DNA of 64,000 nt from Sedimentisphaerales bacterium (GTDB lineage Bacteria; Planctomycetota; Phycisphaerae; Sedimentisphaerales; SM23-30), in the NCBI GenBank assembly GCA_963666285.1, contig OY762711.1. The stretch is one strand, 5' to 3'. Both the position numbers and the translations under genes were made by a program. The first letter of the stretch is position 1. Each line of letters begins with the position of its first letter. The notes under the pieces are model-generated. The model was not told where the DNA came from, did not search any database, and saw nothing but the letters and a program-made list of their open reading frames with translations. Below, one piece after another: positions 60,269-64,000 of the stretch.

Positions 60269-61380
60269 TGCTCATAAAGATTTTTCATTTTGGAAAATTC
60301 GCTATCCCAGTTATATTTTTCGGTGATGGCATTTCTGCCGGCCTGAGCCATATTTTTCAAGCTCTGCCTGTCGTCAAGCATTTCGCAGCATGTAGAGAAT
60401 ACCTGTTCGATATTTTTGGGGTCAACCATTCTGCCGGAACCGGTATCTTTGACATATAATCTCCAATTATCAAAATCAGAGGCCAATACCGGTGTGCCTG
60501 CCATCATATATTCAAGAATTTTGGTGGCCAGACAAGAGGTATAATTAGGTTCCGGAAGAAGAACGCATAATCCGATCGAACTTTCAGAAACAATTTTCAT
60601 TGCTTCCTGCCAGTTCATTCGTCCGGTAAGTTCGACACATTCATCCAGATGGTTTGCCTTGATATATTCCTGCATTTGCCTGCCTAAGGCTTGACTGTAC
60701 TGACCGATTATAGTAAGTTTAAACCGACGTCCGGACTGCTTAAGCCTATTTGCGAGTTCCAAGTATATTTGTGCTCCTCTACCTGCTTCAACTGCTCCAA
60801 AATAAACCAGAGTTGATTTGTCGCCAGCGAATTTATCATCAAGCCGACCTTCAAATTCATTACCAATATCTTCGGGATAGTTCTGAACCAGAACAGCCCT
60901 GCCTGGATAATTCATTATACAGTTCTGATTGGCAACTATTATATTCTGGCCGCAGAGCAGAGTTTTTTCTATAAGTTTGTAGAATAAAGAAATAATACCC
61001 CTGAATGGTTTGGGCAGGTATTCTTTACTTTTTAGATGACCAGGAATATCTTCATGGACATCAAATATAACTTTTTTACCGAATAACCACCTGAGCATAA
61101 AGCCAACCGGAAGCAGCTCCGGATCGTGATAATGGTATAACCCAGCTTTTGTCGACAATGCCTTTTTCATAGCGGCAAAAGGCCGGCAAAGCATTCTTTG
61201 CAGGCGGCTGGAAGCAGGCTTTAAGGCATGAATATTAACCCCATCAACTACTACATCGGCATCGGCGGTTATGACAAGATGAACATTATATCCATTTTTT
61301 GCCAAATAACCGCATTCTCTATAAAGTATCCTGGTGTCATTCCATGGATGAACAGTTGAAATGTGGCAGATAGTCTTGAT
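60256..61380 (-). CDS. GT4 glycosyltransferase; conserved N-terminus begins at a non-canonical ATC
   Basis: HYHDPEL, FDVHED, TKILEYMMAGTPV; frame continues upstream of the tracked TTG (61305) as IKTICHISTVHPWNDTRILYREC. Confidence 0.8.
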   Translation of the reverse strand: MKTICHISTVHPWNDTRILYRECGYLAKNGYNVHLVITADADVVVDGVNIHALKPASSRLQRMLCRPFAAMKKALSTKAGLYHYHDPELLPVGFMLRWLFGKKVIFDVHEDIPGHLKSKEYLPKPFRGIISLFYKLIEKTLLCGQNIIVANQNCIMNYPGRAVLVQNYPEDIGNEFEGRLDDKFAGDKSTLVYFGAVEAGRGAQIYLELANRLKQSGRRFKLTIIGQYSQALGRQMQEYIKANHLDECVELTGRMNWQEAMKIVSESSIGLCVLLPEPNYTSCLATKILEYMMAGTPVLASDFDNWRLYVKDTGSGRMVDPKNIEQVFSTCCEMLDDRQSLKNMAQAGRNAITEKYNWDSEFSKMKNLYEHCLS

Positions 61381-61395
61381 AACAAAAAAACCGTA

Positions 61396-62529
61396 TTACT
61401 GCAAATCGTTTTGTTTGATGCCGTTCCACATATTACTCAAATGGGCGGTACCAATAATAAGTTTCACGACGCGATGAGAGGTATTATCGATTTTATAATC
61501 ATCGGGTACTTCAACATCTCGTGACATAATACTATCGGAAGTCTGGAGTTTTACAGCGTTTAGAATAACATCCGGATCAAGGCCGGTTACTACGATAGAA
61601 CCGGTGTCCATAGCTTCCGGGCGTTCGATAGCGTTGCGGCATGTTATCGCTGGGAAATTCAGAATACTGGACTCTTCGCAGATAGTACCGCTATCGGAAA
61701 TAACGCATTTTGCATTCATTTGAAGGAAGACATAATCCAGGAAACCAAAAGGCTTCATAAATTGAATTTTATCAGACACTTTGCGTCCGAGAGTTTCAAG
61801 TCTTTTACGGGTTCTAGGGTGAGTGGAGACAATTACCGGATAGTTGTATTCATCGGCAAGCTTTTCCAGGGCATCGAGCAAACTGGAAAGACTTTCCTTT
61901 CTGTCAACGTTTTCCTCACGATGGGCACTAACAAGGAAGAATTTATCTTTTTCCACACCAAGTTCCTGCAAGGCATTGGATGACTTGATCTTGTCAAGGT
62001 TCTGCAGCAGAACTTCTTTCATCGGTGAACCGGTCACATAAATCCTGCGATGTGGAATGCCCTCAGATAAGAGATGTCGCCGGGCATGTTCGGTATAGAC
62101 CAGATTGAAATCACTAACATGGTCAACGATTCTGCGATTAGTTTCTTCCGGTACATTAAAATCGAAACAGCGATTACCAGCCTCCATATGGTATACCGGG
62201 ATTTTCATTCTTTTGGCAATAATAGCCGCAATTGCACTATTGGTGTCGCCTAGAATCAGGACGGCATCGGGTTTTTCTTCGCGGAAGATTTCTTCAGCTT
62301 TTATCAGGATATTTCCATAAACCTTGCCAAGCGTACTGGTATCAACATTCATAAAATAATCCGGCTTACGCACGCCCAGGTCTTCAAAGAAGACTTCATT
62401 AAGTTCATAATCATAATTCTGGCCGGTATGCACTATTTTATGATCAACATGCTTATCCAGCATTTTCATAACAGCCGAGAGCCGTATTATTTCAGGACGA
62501 GTGCCTAATACAGTTACTACTTTCATCAT
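61396..62529 (-). CDS. Non-hydrolysing UDP-sugar 2-epimerase (FnlC/WbjD/CapG type)
   Basis: GTRPEIIRL, HTGQNYD, LGDTNS, HMEAGNR, DSGT..EE, ERPE. Confidence 0.92.
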   Translation of the reverse strand: MMKVVTVLGTRPEIIRLSAVMKMLDKHVDHKIVHTGQNYDYELNEVFFEDLGVRKPDYFMNVDTSTLGKVYGNILIKAEEIFREEKPDAVLILGDTNSAIAAIIAKRMKIPVYHMEAGNRCFDFNVPEETNRRIVDHVSDFNLVYTEHARRHLLSEGIPHRRIYVTGSPMKEVLLQNLDKIKSSNALQELGVEKDKFFLVSAHREENVDRKESLSSLLDALEKLADEYNYPVIVSTHPRTRKRLETLGRKVSDKIQFMKPFGFLDYVFLQMNAKCVISDSGTICEESSILNFPAITCRNAIERPEAMDTGSIVVTGLDPDVILNAVKLQTSDSIMSRDVEVPDDYKIDNTSHRVVKLIIGTAHLSNMWNGIKQNDLQ

Positions 62530-62551
62530 TAGTCCTTGTCATATCAATATA

Positions 62552-63697
62552 TTATTGTTTATCGATTTCAACCGATTCAAAGAATGTATCCGGATCGTCC
62601 GGATTAAAATGTTCGTTGATCCAGAATAAAGTTACCAGTTCGGTACTGCCAATATTTGTGATATTATGGGTATAATAGATTGGCATCTCTACCCATGCCG
62701 GTTTGTCGCCGGAGACTTTGTATTCAATAACCTTATCAGTACCAATACGTCGCAATTTGATGCTTGCATCACCACTTATAACGCAGAATTTTTCATTTTT
62801 CCTGACATGATAGTGATTACCGCGGGTAATGCCGGGCTTTGTGGTAGAAAAAGATACCTGGCCGCCCTTTTCAAGTTTGAATACTTCTATAAATGAACCA
62901 CGATCATCAGTATTGAGTTTGAGGTTTCGCTGCCAGCTGGTTTCATCCATATATGTGATAAAGCAATTATACAGATCACGTTCAAAATCACTGTTTACTG
63001 CCGGAACCATGCCGCATTCAGTGTATCCGGCCTGGAATTTCTTTAATAAAGCGAGCAGTTCGGAAACTTTAACTTCGGCACGAGGTTTGATATATTCAAC
63101 AGAATATCCCTGTCGTTTTTCCTGTATAAGTCTATAAATATCATCCACCAGGTCATTTATATAGATCATATTCATTGTGCCGTCATTCTGAATCGAAGGT
63201 TCTTCGCCATGAGTAACCTGATAGCAGAAAGTAGCAACCACTGAATTATAGAAAGGCCTGCCATTGTCGCCAAACACATTTGGAACTACCATTGATATGC
63301 CGGAGCTGTTGTTTTTAGTGCAAAACTCTTCGAGCAGCTCCATTCCCCTTTTCTTGGCACGACCATATTCATTATCCCGCTCGATCTGGGTTGATGCTGA
63401 AAACAAGATACATGGATAATTGCCGGATTTAGCACAATATTCTAGCAGCTTTTCCATTAGTTCTATATTCTTGCTATAGATAACCTCCGGTTCATCCCGA
63501 TTTACGCCGGCAAGATGTACGATGAAATCAGCCTGGGCGGCAAATTCTATGAATTTATCTGGATGATCATAGTAATTTTTTTCGAACGGCAGGATTTCGA
63601 CATTATCTTCACTTGATAATCTATCCCGCAGATGAGAGCCGACAAAACCGGCCATACCGGTTATTCCAACTTTGATATTAGACATAGTTCGCTCCAA
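62552..63697 (-). CDS. FnlB/WbjC/CapF-type reductase (SDR plus cupin)
   Basis: ITG..GFVG, HLAGVNR, YG..K, PNVFG...RPFYNSVVATFC, D.RGSF.E, PGITRGNHYH. Confidence 0.92.
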   Translation of the reverse strand: MERTMSNIKVGITGMAGFVGSHLRDRLSSEDNVEILPFEKNYYDHPDKFIEFAAQADFIVHLAGVNRDEPEVIYSKNIELMEKLLEYCAKSGNYPCILFSASTQIERDNEYGRAKKRGMELLEEFCTKNNSSGISMVVPNVFGDNGRPFYNSVVATFCYQVTHGEEPSIQNDGTMNMIYINDLVDDIYRLIQEKRQGYSVEYIKPRAEVKVSELLALLKKFQAGYTECGMVPAVNSDFERDLYNCFITYMDETSWQRNLKLNTDDRGSFIEVFKLEKGGQVSFSTTKPGITRGNHYHVRKNEKFCVISGDASIKLRRIGTDKVIEYKVSGDKPAWVEMPIYYTHNITNIGSTELVTLFWINEHFNPDDPDTFFESVEIDKQ

Positions 63698-63700
63698 TCC

Positions 63701-64000
63701 CTATTTTTTCCAATCTTTTAGCTCGGCCTGAACTTCCGGTAATGATAGAAGGAGTTCTTCCATCTGTTTAACATCCATCTGGTCGGTATTGTGAGAATGG
63801 TAGTCCTGAAGTTTAGTTTCCTCTTTGTCACCTTCGGTAAAATAAATAGTATAGTTTAGATCGCGGTCATCCAGATGGACCCGGAAATATTCTCCCATAT
63901 CTTCAGCACGGCTAACTTCTTCCACGGTAAGAAGAGTTTCATAGAGTTTTTCGCCATGGCGAATACCAATAACCTTGATATTCTGCGCCACTCCAAATAC
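63701..64000 (-). CDS. FnlA/WbjB/CapE-type UDP-GlcNAc 4,6-dehydratase, C-terminal part
   Basis: IGIRHGEKLYETLL, D.RDLNY..YF..G, Y.SHNT. Confidence 0.9.
   Translation of the reverse strand, partial: VFGVAQNIKVIGIRHGEKLYETLLTVEEVSRAEDMGEYFRVHLDDRDLNYTIYFTEGDKEETKLQDYHSHNTDQMDVKQMEELLLSLPEVQAELKDWKK

Noticed and set aside
1..64000. rRNA, tRNA, prophage, integron integrase
   Set aside because: No recognisable sequence or gene for any of these by eye; tRNAscan-SE or Infernal would be needed to exclude small RNAs

Overview
Bacterial chromosomal window, probably from a planctomycete of the Phycisphaerae/Sedimentisphaerales type. This is inferred from PEP-CTERM proteins, a prepilin/H-X9-DG protein and secreted LamG/GLUG proteins with 'DFxxxAxxWL' dockerin-like motifs. 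1-13.7 kb: adhE 5' end, a galactan locus (GH53, LamG protein, PEP-CTERM protein, XylR-type regulator), and an AraC regulator divergent from an IS-disrupted prepilin-type gene plus fucI-fucP-fucU-like genes. 14-37 kb: housekeeping and catabolic genes (PcrA/UvrD, class II photolyase, CHAD, O-antigen-ligase-like, UxaE, sulfatase, YhaM-like, esterase, C1 peptidase) and an unusual insertion element encoding a Rep_trans-like protein. 37-52 kb: a plastic region with three IS elements (IS1111-type with a readable bridge-RNA target loop, IS3, IS256) and an orphan Rhs C-terminal module. 52-64 kb: a GxGYxYP protein and a surface-polysaccharide cluster with L-FucNAc (fnlABC-like) genes. The most striking unexplained structure is a pair of ~750-bp inverted non-coding elements (40.6-41.4 kb and 44.5-48.2 kb, the second split by two IS) bracketing a DUF58+BatA/vWA gene pair. 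Each carries a GC-rich array of RCGG motifs phased at 10-11 bp. Spot counts suggest the plus-strand GC skew flips from C-rich to G-rich between them, hinting at a non-canonical origin-like or bidirectional loading site. No rRNA, tRNA or CRISPR array was recognised.
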